Shown: positions 13,101 through 26,000 of the stretch, piece after piece
How the letters are laid out: the number at the start of each line of letters is the position of its first letter
Numbering within the stretch: position 1 is the first letter of the stretch
Source of the DNA: Chlorokybus atmophyticus
Lineage: Eukaryota > Plantae > Mesostigma and Chlorokybus algae
Assembly: GCA_009103225.1 (NCBI GenBank)
Contig: RHPI01000575.1
Location: 91,317 to 155,316, forward strand
Direction: 5' to 3'
Length of the DNA: 64,000 bases
Program-made: the position numbers and the translations under genes
The notes under the pieces: generated by a model
What the model was told of the DNA's origin: nothing
What the model saw: only the letters and a program-made list of their open reading frames with translations
Database searches by the model: none

Positions 13101-14721
13101 GCCTCTCTACTACACTCTTGCCATTGCCAATTCCAACAAAGTGACGAGCAATGAGGGCCTTGTCACCCATGTCCAGGTAGGTATATCGTGCACGCGTACG
13201 TGCATGCATGTCAGTGCGCGCGTGAGCGCGTGCATGATAGCGTGGTAAGTAGGTGCGTGTGCACATGCATGCATGTGCGTACATGCGTGTGCACGTGTGT
13301 ACGCACACGCAGACGTGTGTGTGCCTCTTCATGTACATTGATTTGGGTGTATGTGCACGTGAACACGCATGCAATGCAGTCCCACCTATTTAGGTGACGG
13401 TATCTGTCACCCTGGGCGCAATGACAATCAGCACATGGAGCCAAACACAACAACAACAACAACAACAAACCAACTTCAACCGTACAACTACCGCGAGCAC
13501 CGCAAGCGAGGGCGTCCTGTTGCTGGACGCCTCATCTCTCCCTCTCACCCTCACACTCCAGGCGAGACACACACGCACACGCACACCCCCTCGCACACAA
13601 TGCTCTGTCACACCAACAACCATAAGCTAGTAACGACCATAAGCTGATATTGCTTGCTGCAGGCGGATTCAACGGTGCCGATATCGTACGAGTTGAGTGT
13701 TATGGCAGTCTCTTATGAGGATGAAGCTGGGTCCAACAACAACAGCAAGGGAGAGGGGACGTCTGTGCCGGCGTGGGCGTGGGGACTCATCAGCATTGCC
13801 ATCGGCATCGGCCTGGTAAAGAGAGAGAACATGGCATGCACATGCGCAACACATACGCATGCACGCACACAGATACATGCGCTCATCACACGCAACGACC
13901 CGCGCATGCACGCGCGCACACACACACGCACACACATATGCGGGAGCGTGCTTCTGCACGTGCACGTGCACCTACTCCTGTTGCAAACAACATACCAATA
14001 TCTTGCTGTGCTCACAGGGTGCGGTCGTTGTAGTTGCGGCTCTCCTCACCCGCCGCATCGCTCGCCACCTCCGCAAGCGTCGATACCGTCGCACCGGCGA
14101 GGGCAAGAATAACGTTAGCGAGGGAGGAGAGGGTGAGGAGGGCAATGAGACAATGCCAGTCGAGGTGAGAGACTGAGTAGTTACCATGTTGGGCAACATG
14201 TCATCAACACAACAAGCACAGGTCCCTGCGGCTGCGGGTGCGGGTTTCTTCACGCACGAGGGCAAGGCGCAGCACGGCAGGACAAAGTACTCGCTGCGGG
14301 TGCGGACGGCACCCATGGCGGGTGAGGAGCGTGACAGGCAAGTCAATTGTGTGTATATGAGTATATGTGTGTGTGTGGGTATGTGCAAACAATGCGAAAC
14401 GGAAAGGCACATGTGTGGGTATGTGCGTCACCTCCTGACCTTTACTACTCTGCTGCAGCTCTGTGGAGAATGCGGACAACATGTGGACTAATGCAGCCTT
14501 CGAGAGCCCGCGACAGGAGGACACCAACACAGGGTGAGCACACGTGATACAGCAGACTCTCTTTACCGATGTTGGGTCGCTGCTTAGTGGTTCCGTTGCA
14601 CAGTGATGTGGCGCTGCGTACGCGAGCGGCGTTGGAGTCGCCGCGAGGGAGCCTCGCGAGGGGAGGCGAGGGGGCGGGAGAGGGGGAGGAGGTCGAGAGG
14701 CTGCCTTGGAGAGAGACGTAG
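10146..14721 (+). CDS. Spliced gene: type I membrane protein with signal peptide, beta-rich ectodomain, PSI-like Cys repeats, Ser/Pro-rich linker, one TM helix and a cytoplasmic tail
   Basis: ATG at 10146 (MPRPCRS...WLLLLLLLSPLLFTSATA). Exons join in phase. PSI-like segments CGFRPTCSACLK/DIGDVRCEWCDGVC and CTTY...GCEACLTHDSCAWCGKEGYPGLC. SPSPSPSSPPP linker. TM WAWGLISIAIGIGL/GAVVVVAALL followed by RRIARHLRKRR. The 3' exons (stop TAG at 14719-14721) are less certain. Confidence 0.75.
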
Positions 14722-15248
14722 AGCGCGTGCTGTACATGTGTAGGTAAAGCATTGTTGAATTGTTGTGTTTGTTTTGCTGGTGCGCGGGCGTGCGGGCGTG
14801 TATGTCACATTGGTTGGCTCCCCTCCCTTGCAGCAGTCTGACATGCTGACAGTGCGTATCGCGGTGTGTCTTCCTCATACATTGGTACATGACTTATTAC
14901 ATGGCAGCACACTCATCAGCACCACTCACCACTACAGGAGATCCCCCAAACTGCTAATGACATAAGTGACACGGGAATTTAATGCCATCTTTGAGTGTTA
15001 ACACCGAGGTCAGGTGTTAATCGCCGAGACAGAACAGAGTGCAGGTGAAGTTTGATGCTGAGTTGAGCGCAGTGTACGACATGCAATATTTCACAAAACC
15101 AGATCAACATCGCCTTGACACTGGCAGCACATCAACAACTATCACAAAAAGTACAAACCGAGACAGTCCTTGCCTAAATGTTGCACCATTCGATTCTGTA
15201 AACATGGGGCTTTGGGAAGGGATGCACAGGCTGAATCACACGGCAGAA

Positions 15249-17377
15249 CTAGTGGCCCACTTGTTTCATCATGGCTGGACTCTTGCGCTCACCAGCCACT
15301 CCAATGCTGTCCACAATCGCCCTCACAGCTGACAAATCCTCCTTCGACAGCTGGAGCACAATGCAAAAGCCACACTATATGTCAGTCAGTCTGTAATGAT
15401 CTTAGCTAGTACGATAAGCATAATACCTGGACGCTTCCACCGGCAATGTTTTCCAGCAGGTACTTCTCCCGCTTCGTGCCCGGGATGGGAATGAAGCAGG
15501 GGTCCTGCGCAAGCACCCATGCCAGCACGAGCTGCGCGGACGTCACGCCTGCGCAACAGACAGCCAACGAGCATAAAGAGACTGTTACCAACCTTTACGC
15601 ACAATCAGACCATGCTGTGATGTATCACCAAGTACTGTATGTAATGCACTGGCTGTCAGTACCTTTCTGTTTTGCCAGTTCTTGGAACTTTTCAGCCAGC
15701 TGCACGTTCTTGTAGAAGTTGTCTCCCTGGAAGCGCGGGCTGAGGGCCAGACGGAAGTCATTCTGCGCCAAGTCTTGAGGGCTCTGCACAGCAGTGTCAG
15801 TTCCATATGAAACCAGGCCAATCACAGGCACACACACGCGCACGCGCGCGCAGGCCTTGGAAAAAGCACATAGAACACATACTCGTGCCATACCTTGAAT
15901 CTGCCTGTCAGAAAGCCATTGCCCTGGATCAAGCAGAGCGCATTGTTAGCAGCCAGTTAATTGAGGCGTTATATTGGAGATATAAAACCTCTGATTATCA
16001 GTATCCTGAAAACTGATACTTACTTACCAGCGGTGAGTATGCCACAACAGACACACCGAGCTCTCTCGCTGCATCCAGTATGCCATTCTCCTCTATATCA
16101 AGCGTCCAAGGAGAGAACCTGTTTCATCTGCCATGCTGTGAGAGGCAGGATGCATGATCGTGATGTCCACACCCCTTGACATTGATATTGAGTGTGACTT
16201 ACTCCATCTGAACTGCTGTGATGGGATGCACTTTGTGCGCCCGTCTGAGCGTCTCGGCAGAGCACTCTGAGAGACCCAAAAACCTGCAAGAAGTGGAAAT
16301 GACAACATGATTGATGGCTATGAGCTTGCATGCGTACTTACAAAAACCTAGCGCACCTGACTTTTCCATCATGCACCAGGTCTGCCATTGCGCCCACCGT
16401 GTCCTCGATCGGCACAGTGGGGTCCACTCTATGCTGCAACAAACCAAAAGCGCAGTGTGTACAAGTTGGCCCAAGGTGAGTGAGTTACTTGGTTGGTTGC
16501 CAAGTAGCATGCGCTGGATTGCACACGTGCATGCGTGCGTGTGGACAGAGCTGCACACGTGTATACACTTGTACGCGTGCGTTGCACATGTGTACACCAA
16601 CGGCTGTGTATGTTAGTGTGTATGCGTGCGAAAGCAGCCGGGACTGCAATGCAATGTGAAGAGAGAGGATCACACGTACTTGATAGTACAGGTCGATGCA
16701 GTCGACTCCCAGGCGGTCCAGACTGGCCTGGCACGCTTGCTTGACGTAGCTCGGGCTGCCGTCCACCGCACCGCCGGCCTTGAAGCCGAACTTGGTGCAG
16801 ATGAACACCTCGTCACGCCTGTCCTTGAGTATCTGTCCATCCAAGGGAAGACATGTCACAATAGTCCACAACCATACTCGTTGGGTTTGTTGTTGTTGGG
16901 TTCTACCTTTCCAACTAAGCGCTCGTTGTGGCCTCCTCCATACGCGTCCGCCGAGTCCCAAAAGTTGCATTTGTAATCGAGGGCGGTGTTCAACAGCCGC
17001 AGCGACTCCTCCTCATCTGCAAAGCATAGCAGCCAGAAAAAATATCACCATGCCAGCCACACACACACACGCTTAGCAACGCATACACTTGTTGTGACTT
17101 GACGCAGACTTCCATCTACGGGCGCATGTGATCAAATAACCTCAATGCATGATCGAGAGGGCGACACAGTGCCGACTTGAAGTGCAGCAAGGTGCAAGTC
17201 AGCTTGCTATTTGATCTTGTGTGTTCATACAGTGCATGCATGTGTCACACTGCAGTCTGCACCTGCATTGCCGTAAGCTCCGCTGAGTCCCATGCAGCCC
17301 AATCCAATGGCCGACACCTCAGGTCCATCTCGGCCGAGTCTCCTCGTGGGCAACTGCTGCTGCACAGCTTCTGCCAT
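15249..17377 (-). CDS. Spliced aldo-keto reductase (AKR13/auxin-induced PCNT115-like)
   Basis: [36 protein letters not shown]; [19 protein letters not shown]; VFICTKFG; [20 protein letters not shown]; PRFQGDNF; [27 protein letters not shown]; last exon ...[16 protein letters not shown]. An upstream extension is possible. Confidence 0.93.
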
Positions 17378-17825
17378 CGCCTTCACTGGTGGTTGCGCAC
17401 TGCAACTGTGTCTCCTGCACCGCAACAACGCTTCAGCACACTGCGCAATGCATACAAGTTGTTGTGAAAGAAGGAGCAAGCAGCAAGCAGACACAGCCTC
17501 ACCTGCTGGTCTCCAACGCTAGATGCAGCTGCCCGCAGCTCCGGCCTGGCCTCAACACCGCCACCGCCGCTGCCGCCAGCATGAGAGTGACGCTACGGCA
17601 CGCAGCAGCATCAAGCTGGAAGCAGCAGGACACACACGGACAAACAAAAAACCAAGGAGTATCCGGGAAACACTATTCAGGCTGCCGTCAGTCCAGTCCA
17701 TTTAGCTACGTAACCGAACCCCAAAACTATTCCCCATATCCCCGATCACTAGTCGCTCCGATTGCTTGTCAACAATTAAACCCCAGAAAGGCTGGGCTTA
17801 GTTTGAGTTGGTTGTTGGCTTGGGC

Positions 17826-19740
17826 ATGGCTGCGCGTGTCGCCGGCGGCGGCGGTGGGGGGCTGCTAGGCCGCCTAGCCGGGAGCAGCAGCTTGACAAAG
17901 CCATGGCATGCGGCTGGGGCTGTGAGGTTCATCTCCTCCACGTCTCCTCCTCCTCTGGTGGCGTATGAGGTGGCCGGCGGCGAGGAGAAGGCAGAGAATG
18001 GCAAAACGGCGCTGCTCATACACGGCCTGCTGGGAAACGGACGCAACTGGCGAACGTTCGCGAGGAGATTGGCATCCGAACTTGGTACAACGCACGCACG
18101 CACGCACTCTGTGTTGGTGCATGCATTGCATGCCGTGCATGCTGCGTGATAGATTGATGATGCTGTCTGTGCTCATTGCATGCCAGACTGCTCACCTCAT
18201 TGATGACTAGCGTTTCCTTGTAGCCAAATACACGCAATGCATTCTGGGGCATCGCCGTGTTTGCCTGACTTGTCCTGTGCGTTTGGTCAGGCAGTGATTG
18301 GAGGATAGTAATGGTGGACCTGCGCAACCACGGCCAAACAGCAGCACTGCCAGGTGAGACACTCAGGACTGTGCACGCTTACAGACATACAAAACTATAC
18401 ACCCCAACTCTAATCTTTGCTCTCCAGGCTTTGACCCGCCGCACACGATCGCCTCCTCAGCCTCAGACCTGATCTCCCTCGCCGAGTCGCCGGACATCGC
18501 TTCCCCAGACGTCGTTATTGGCCACTCGCTCGGTGGCAAGGTGCTAATCCAGTGGGGGCTGAGACAGGGGATGCCAAGGTTGAGGAGGTCTCAGTAGGAA
18601 CAGGAGCTTGCTGTTTGTTGAGTCAATTGTGTGCGAGTGGAGTGGTGACTCGTACGGTGGTGTGTGATCTGCTGCACACAGGTTGCGTTGGAGTACCTGA
18701 AGCAAGCGGTTGAAAAGAAGTCGAAACGCATCCAGCAGGCAAGTGAGTCAAGGCCAATTAAGACTACCTCCCAGTGCATGCAAGCGATAGAAACTAATGT
18801 GGCAACCCTTCGTCCTTTCTGGTGCAGGTCTGGGTGTTGGACTCAATCCCAAATGCAGTGCAGGTAAGGCTTTGCCCCCNNNNNNNNNNNNNNNNNNNNN
18901 NNNNNNNNNNNNNNNNNNNNNNNNNNNNNNNNNNNNNNNNNNNNNNNNNNNNNNNNNNNNNNNNNNNNNCCCCCCCCCCCAAATTGATCACACACGCACA
19001 AAACTTAGTCTACTTTCTCCACTGCAGGAGTCACAGGACATAGGTGATGTGCCTCGTGTGCTTCGCACTCTGCAACAACTACCACAGGAAATTCATAGCC
19101 GGAGGTACCCCTGATCCCAGCCAATCTGTTTGTGAACTGGAGGGTTGTGAGAGACAGTTTTGCACCAAAGGTTTCACTAAGACAACCAGTGTCCCTCAGG
19201 TGGTTAGTGGACCAGATGACCGCCAAAGGCTTCTCCAAGATGCTGGTGGACTGGATGGCCAGCAACCTGATGCGCAAGCATCCTGACGCAGCAGAACCGC
19301 TCGTTTGGACTTTTAACTTGGAAGGTGCCTCAGACATGTATGCATCTTACAGGTAAGCTCCTTCACACGCCTTCCGTTGCTGTGTGTTGGACATCCGTCT
19401 TCATGACCAGTGCAACTATGTTCCCAGGAGGGAAGACTACGTGAAATTCCTTGAGGAGGGCGTGCCGCAAGGTTGGTGTCGTGTGAACAGTCTGTTGGCA
19501 ACTGCATCAGTCTCATCTGGATCGTCTACTTTCGCAGATACAGCTGTAAACATTGTGCGGGCAGAACGAAGTGACCGATGGACGCCGCAAGTGTTGACTT
19601 CCCTGGAAAGGTTGAGCAAAGCCAGGCCGAATGTTGCGCTACATACGTTGCCCAAGGCAGGCCACTGGCTGCATGTAGATAATCCGATCGGGCTGCAGCA
19701 GCTGCTGGTGCCTAAATTGAAGCAGGTGACAGCCAACTGA
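17826..19740 (+). CDS. Spliced alpha/beta hydrolase, ABHD11/YbfF-like, with a putative mitochondrial presequence
   Basis: Oxyanion region LLIHGLLGNGRNW; VDLRNHG; nucleophile elbow IGHSLGGK; VWVLDSIP; catalytic His in AGHWLHVDNP; stop at 19740. The N gap 18880-18969 lies in an intron. Confidence 0.92.
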
Positions 19741-20896
19741 TGGCGTGATCAACTCCATCACAGGTAGTTTTGCATGACACCAGGGGTGAACTGGTTGAAA
19801 CGCATGCAAGAACGTCAGTAATATACAGCTATGATGTAACACTACACCACAAGTTCTCAAGAAAAGCACATCTGGTAGCACAGTTGTCATGCGTATTCTT
19901 GGTTGTATCAACTTACATTAGTGACTGGCAAGTACGGGTGATGTAGATACTGTGTAGAAAGAGCACTCCGATGGCACATCCATTTATCACAAGTCCGTGC
20001 CAGCATTGTACATCGGGATGAGCACCACACCCGGTAACCTTTGGTGTAGGCCCGGTGGCGCGGCAAGTGCAAGGGAGTAGTGTAGCTGTGTGGTGAGGTA
20101 TCGCTACAACCCATCCTCTACTTTCTTGCCCTATAATACCCTATGCATGTGCATATGCATAGGGTATTAGTCATATTTGCAAGAATGCAAGCATGCATGC
20201 AGTCCGTGCTCATAGCAGCCAACAGTTACAGGCACACACAAGCTAGCAAGGCAATACACTTACATTACACCAGGGCTAATCTACTACTATGCGCTAAGCG
20301 ACCTATGCGCAATGCCGTTGGTGAGGGCAGCAGCGACAGCAAACACCAACCAACCAACCAACCAAATTGAGTTCACAAGCGTAGGCAAAGTTAGCGTTGA
20401 AGCAGAGGGTTTGGTGTGGACGCACAGCAAGGACGTGTGATGTGGTTTGTGTGTGATGGTGTGCTATGCTCTACGCCTGCCCTCTTCGGCTCCACTCTCT
20501 CCCCCGCTCTGATGTTGCTCTGGCGGCTCGTATTGCGCCAGCAGCACAGCAGTAGTCTTAAATCGTAGTCAGTAGTTGTTCATAGGCTAGTTTCATGTCG
20601 TCAGTCAGTCATAAAGCAGTCAGCATGATGCCATGGCATTGTGTACACTCGCAGCACAATAGCGATAGCTACAAGGCAGACTTTATCAAACTGCATGAGG
20701 GCAGACAAGCTGCTCCCCTCATATATGAGCTCACCTGCACCTACCTGTCACCCTAATTGCCTCGCAATCACACCTACGGGTTGTTGCGGATGCCCTCACA
20801 AGCTTTGACCACCTGCATATACAAATTCAATGGTGAGAGGTCATAAATGTACCTATTTGCCTTACCATCTTCGCCCTCAGGTCACGGTTTCTATGG

Positions 20897-21400
20897 CTAT
20901 ATAAACACATGGCTGCTATCAGCCATTTTGAAGAGGGAATGGGGGCTGAATGTGCATACTCTAATGAACCTGACATATTGCGACACAACCACGTTCATCT
21001 TAGTAACAGTGCCGAGATCAGATAATTGATGCGGAGCCCGCAACACAGGCACGGACTGAAATGCTGGCTCCCACAACTTGTTATACAACCTGGTGCAAAC
21101 ACCATGGTTAGATGTCTGAAAGATCAGCAATTCCAGAAAGGGCACTGCTGTTTTAGATGCTGTTTGTGGTAGGGTCAGCATGTTCTGTGGGTAAATACCA
21201 CCAGCAAGTGCAGCATCTGCCATGTACATGAACTCGGGGAACTTTGGCAACGCAATCACTAGCAAGTCATCCATAAATCGTCGGACACAGTGTGCCAGCC
21301 TGAGGAAAAGGGGCCTATCCACAGGGGTTGCAACCGTCGCGGCCACCTGAGCTCATAAGCAAAAAGGTTCTGCATTTGATGTACAACTTGCTTGCGCATC
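20897..21400 (-). mobile_element. Penelope-like element reverse transcriptase remnant (Naiad/Chlamys-like motifs)
   Basis: NLFAYEL (frameshifted, upstream), RRFMDDLL (catalytic DD), GGIYP, VPFLELLI, TRLYNK, PH..SD...K.NVVVSQYVRFIRVC. The flanks are broken by stops. Confidence 0.8.
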
Positions 21401-21679
21401 TTGCTCTATCGTTGGGTTTGCATCATCGCCACTATATAAGGTTGAAATATCAGATCTTATACAGCATGATGTCAATTGCACAATAAGAGTCAGCAAGCAA
21501 TGCATCGTAGAATGCATACCCGATAGCAGGTATTGACAAGCCTTGCATTACTCGCATGAAATGACTTCAATCAACATTGAAGACTACTCACCACATTCTT
21601 CGGTAGCATTCAACGGTGGCATGCAACCACATGATCAATGCGGTGTGCCTTGCATGCATGAACCCGCCTGCATTTTTAT

Positions 21680-22624
21680 GGTCACTACAAGCGCCAATCT
21701 CAGCAATCGGACGGCTTTCCCTCACCGCATAGCAAGTGACGCCCGCAGATCAGACGCTTCTCGTGAGTCCGCGCGCTGTGACGCGCGTGAGTCCTGACGT
21801 AACATGCGTGACTTTTTATTTTCGGCAACTCCTTTTGACGGCTATTAACGCCGTTAACAGGCAACCTCAGACGCATTTAACCCAAACTCGCTCAGTAACC
21901 TACTGCGTCGCCTGTTACGAACGCATTCAGGCCGTCAGATGGATCAACAGCTGATTCGATTGATGTGACGCGCGTGACTTGTCACGTAATAGGCGTGACG
22001 TTTGCTATTCATTACTACATTCATTACAAGTCATGTATGTACAATAAGATAATACATAATACATTACCGCACATAGTACATAATGTACATCATATAAATA
22101 CTATATTAGAAATAATTATGGATATGGTTGTATGTATTATACATACAATGCAGACCATGTATGTATGTGTACGATCATATGGAAATACTTATATTTAAGT
22201 AATAATATATATATGCATATATAAGCAATGCATACACTTACGAGTGCGATTGTGTGTAACATCGTTAATAATAGTGTATAGATTGCAGATTGGGTACATA
22301 TTTGCATGATATTACACGAACATTAGTAAGTAAGTAATGTATATATATGTATATATTCTCGTGTATACTTTGCACATACAATGCCGTATCGTATAAACTT
22401 GTATATGTGGATTAAGTCATTGTTTTGCAAATCGCGATACAACGACGCGGATGGTGGTATCGATGGCTCGCATGGTATCAGTGGATCCAACGGTGAACGC
22501 TGGTAGCTTGCCGCTTAGCCAATTAGGGGCTGGCGGCGCATCGGTCAATTTGAGTCCACCGATCATGGTCGCTCAACCGCCGACCGAAGCAACTGACAGA
22601 GCTTGCAGTGACCATCACTTCTGG
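21680..22624. repeat. Dispersed non-coding repeat, copy A (homologous to 54200-55083); probable non-autonomous transposon
   Basis: Collinear shared blocks: ggtcact(a/t)caagcgccaatctca; gcccgcagatc(a/g)gacgcttctc; aataggcgtgac; cgct(t/c)agccaattag; gcttgcagtgaccatcactt. AT-rich core in both copies. Confidence 0.75.
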
Positions 22625-23016
22625 TTTCCAGCAGCAGTCATGTGACACAAGGTTGATGCGCTTGTTGAACTAGGCTCAGTGGGGCTGGCCACTGACTAGT
22701 GGACACGTCGACATGGTTAATGATGTAGCCCACCTCGGGAACACAGCCTTACTCAAGACCCGTATCCTGGCGACAGATGACACCTTAGTACCGGGCATTA
22801 CGCGGTCAGTTGCCCTTCGATGACGGTTAAGTCAGCCCCTCAGTCGAGGTCCGGACCGTCCGAGGCCAAGAGCGTAATGTGTGCGTGTTTTTTGCGTATC
22901 CCTGTACGAGGGAATTACGCCTACGTGGTGCACTGGCCTAAGGGCTGGTGAAAAGACTTGGGCGGCGGCAGTGGTGGTGTTGTCGGCGGTGGTGTTGTTG
23001 TCGGTGGTGGGTCACC

Positions 23017-26000
23017 ATGACGACGACCGCAGCGCTGTGCATGTGGTCGCTGGCGCCACGCAGCTGCCACGCTGCCGCTGCCGCCTCGACCCGGACGTCT
23101 CTACGCCGGTCTCACCACAGAGTAAGTATCCAGCTGCCAGCTTTCTGCCTTAAGCCAAAAGCTACTCACAAATGTTGCCATTGCGCTGTTTCTTCCTATA
23201 GGAGTTCATGACGAGCTCATTACTTGATGATGTTGACATTACTTCTCTTCGTTACAGAAAGCTTGCAAGTTGCAACAGCATGCATGGCTGTGACTGAGAA
23301 CATTGCCATTGAAAAGACACATCAGTCCTATCAGCATTTAGAGAAGCAATCCGGCATGTTTGTTGCTGAGCGTCGTAAGCAATTCGGTATCTTTTTACAC
23401 AACCGTGACAGCTGTTGTTCCGTGACAGCATGTTATGACAGCAATATCTGCTTGTGTGTTGCATCCTAGCTATGTAGCACACAACAGATCTCTGTTGCAT
23501 CAAGGTTGCTAACTACTGTCTGTCGTCTCTTCCTGTAACAGATACCATCTCAGGCAAGGAGCACCTTCATCGGCTCCCCTCGCTCCCTTCTTTCACACAC
23601 GCGCGCAATAACCAACAGACACGGATCCAACGCACCCCGTTGGCGAGTCCTTACACGCTGCGACAGCGAGCAGGACTCCGCCGCCGCGACAGATTCGCCC
23701 GCGGCGCAAGCGGTTGCTCCGGCCTCTGCGCCTGGAAAGTTATCGAAGCTCGATGGCGAGGAGGAAAGACCGCCGCTGCCAACGGGGGAGCTGGTGTACA
23801 CGCCCGCATCGTCGTTTGAACGGGTGGGTGGATGGTGTGCATACTCACATATTTGTGTAACATATGTATGCGTGGACTTGGGTGCTGGGACACGTGCTTG
23901 TTGCACGCGTGCGCATGCGCATGCACACGTACATGTGTGGTTGGTGTGTGTGGATGTGTGCTTGTGTTTGTCAGACAGTTAGTTCACTATGGCTAGTGGA
24001 GGGGTGTATGCACATCCCTTGCACATGCACGCATGCATACGCGCGCATGTATGCGCGTGTACTCGCACGTACACTCTGCACAACGCTCACACACGCCTCC
24101 TCACCCTCTCCTCTCATCCCCTCTCAGGCCTGGACCCTCCTGCGTCTCCGTTTCTCCCTCCCCTGGCGCCGCTTCAAGTATGGTTCCATCTTATCCTTCG
24201 AGCTGGGCGGCGGTCCCATCCCGGAGAAACCCACCGGCGGCCTCCCCTTCTCCGGCGTCGGGAAGAGCCTACCGCAGATATGCCAGAACCTGGTGAAGGC
24301 AGCCAATGACCCGAGGGTGGTGGGAGTGTTTATCAAGGTTAGCCCGGTGCAGTGCGGGTGGGCCAAGGTGGAGGAGATTAGGAGACACATTGCATACTTC
24401 CGGAAGTCAGGTGGGGCGTAGTGTGTGTGTCCACTTGTCCACTATACGAACACATGTGTACTACTCACACACGCGCGCATGCGCATATTGTGCACGTATA
24501 ATGCTGTATGCGTATATGCAGTACAGGTCTTGGTGGCAGACATGTTCTGATTATAGTCATTCGCGTGTGGCAGGCAAGTTCACCATTGCTTACATGGAGG
24601 TGGGAGGAGAGAAGGAGTACGTGTTGGCTCGCGCGTGCGAGGAGGTTTACGCGCCTCCCGGAGGATACGTCACCTTGCGCGGGCTGAGCGTACAAGGCTC
24701 ATACCTACGCGGTACGCCCTTCTATCCACATCTACCCAACATCTCAACATAACCCAAGTTGCTTATGTGAGTATGTTGTGTGCAGGTGTGCTCGACAAGG
24801 TTGGCGTGGAGCCGCAAGTGAAGAGGATAGGCAAGTACAAGTCCGCGGGTGATCAGATCGCGCGGCGCGACATGTCGGAGCCCAACCGCGAGATGCTCAC
24901 GGCCATACTCGATGACTTGTACACGTACTTCAAGAACACAACGGCCGCAGACAACGGTAGGTACTGTGTGTTTTGCTGTATGTCTGTCATGTGTGACGAT
25001 TGTCTCTTGGCAGGGAAGACTGCGGAGGATGTTGAGAAGTTGCTTGATGAGGGCGTGTTCCAAGTGGAGAAGCTGGCGGAGCAGGGATGGATCACGGGCA
25101 CGCGCTATGAAGATGAAGTCATTGAGGACTTGAAGAAGCGCACGGGCGGGAAAGAGGATGAACTGAGGTATAGCTGGCGTGTGCACTTGTGTGTGTGTGT
25201 GCATGCGCCTGTGTGCGTGTGTGGGCACACGTGCGGGTGCCTGTGCACGTGTGTTCACCTCTGTATGCATTCGTGTGTTCGTGCGCTTATGCATGTGTAT
25301 ATGTGCGCGCATGAGCTTGTGCATAATCAAGTGCATGTGGGTTTTGCGTGTGTGCGCGCGCAAGCGTGTGTGTGTGTGTTTATGTGTCAACAGAGAGTCT
25401 TAACTCACATGGTGCTTGCGCAGGAGTGTCGGCTTCAGTCGCTACAGCCGCGTTCCCCCCTCCGCCCTCGGCCTCTCCTCCGGCGGCGGCGACATCATCG
25501 CCATCGTCCGCGCCAGCGGCAACATCACCCGCGGCGGCACCACCTCTCCCTCCCCTCTCTCCGGCGGCTCCGACGGCATCCGCTCCGACTCGTTCATCTC
25601 ACAGATCCGCCGCATCGCCGACAACAAGAGTATCAAAGCAGTCGTGTTGAGGATCGACTCGGGTGGTGGAGACGCACTCGCGTCGGACCTCATGTGGAGG
25701 GAGCTGAGACAGCTGGCGAGCAAGAAGCCGCTGGTGTGTTCCATGGGAGATGTGGCGGCGAGTGGAGGGTATTATATGGCCATGGCGGGAGATGTCGTGA
25801 TTGCGGAGGAGCTCACTATCACGGGCTCGATTGGTGTTGTCACAGGTGAGAGAGATGGTATACCAACATGTTGGTTTGCGAGCGCAGGCATGACGTGTTG
25901 GGTGGCTGATGTGGGTGTGTTGGGTGCGACTGTCTTTTGTGTGGCATCGTCTTGTTGTGCACTGTGTGTGTGCCTGAAACACAACGCGTGACTCATATGT

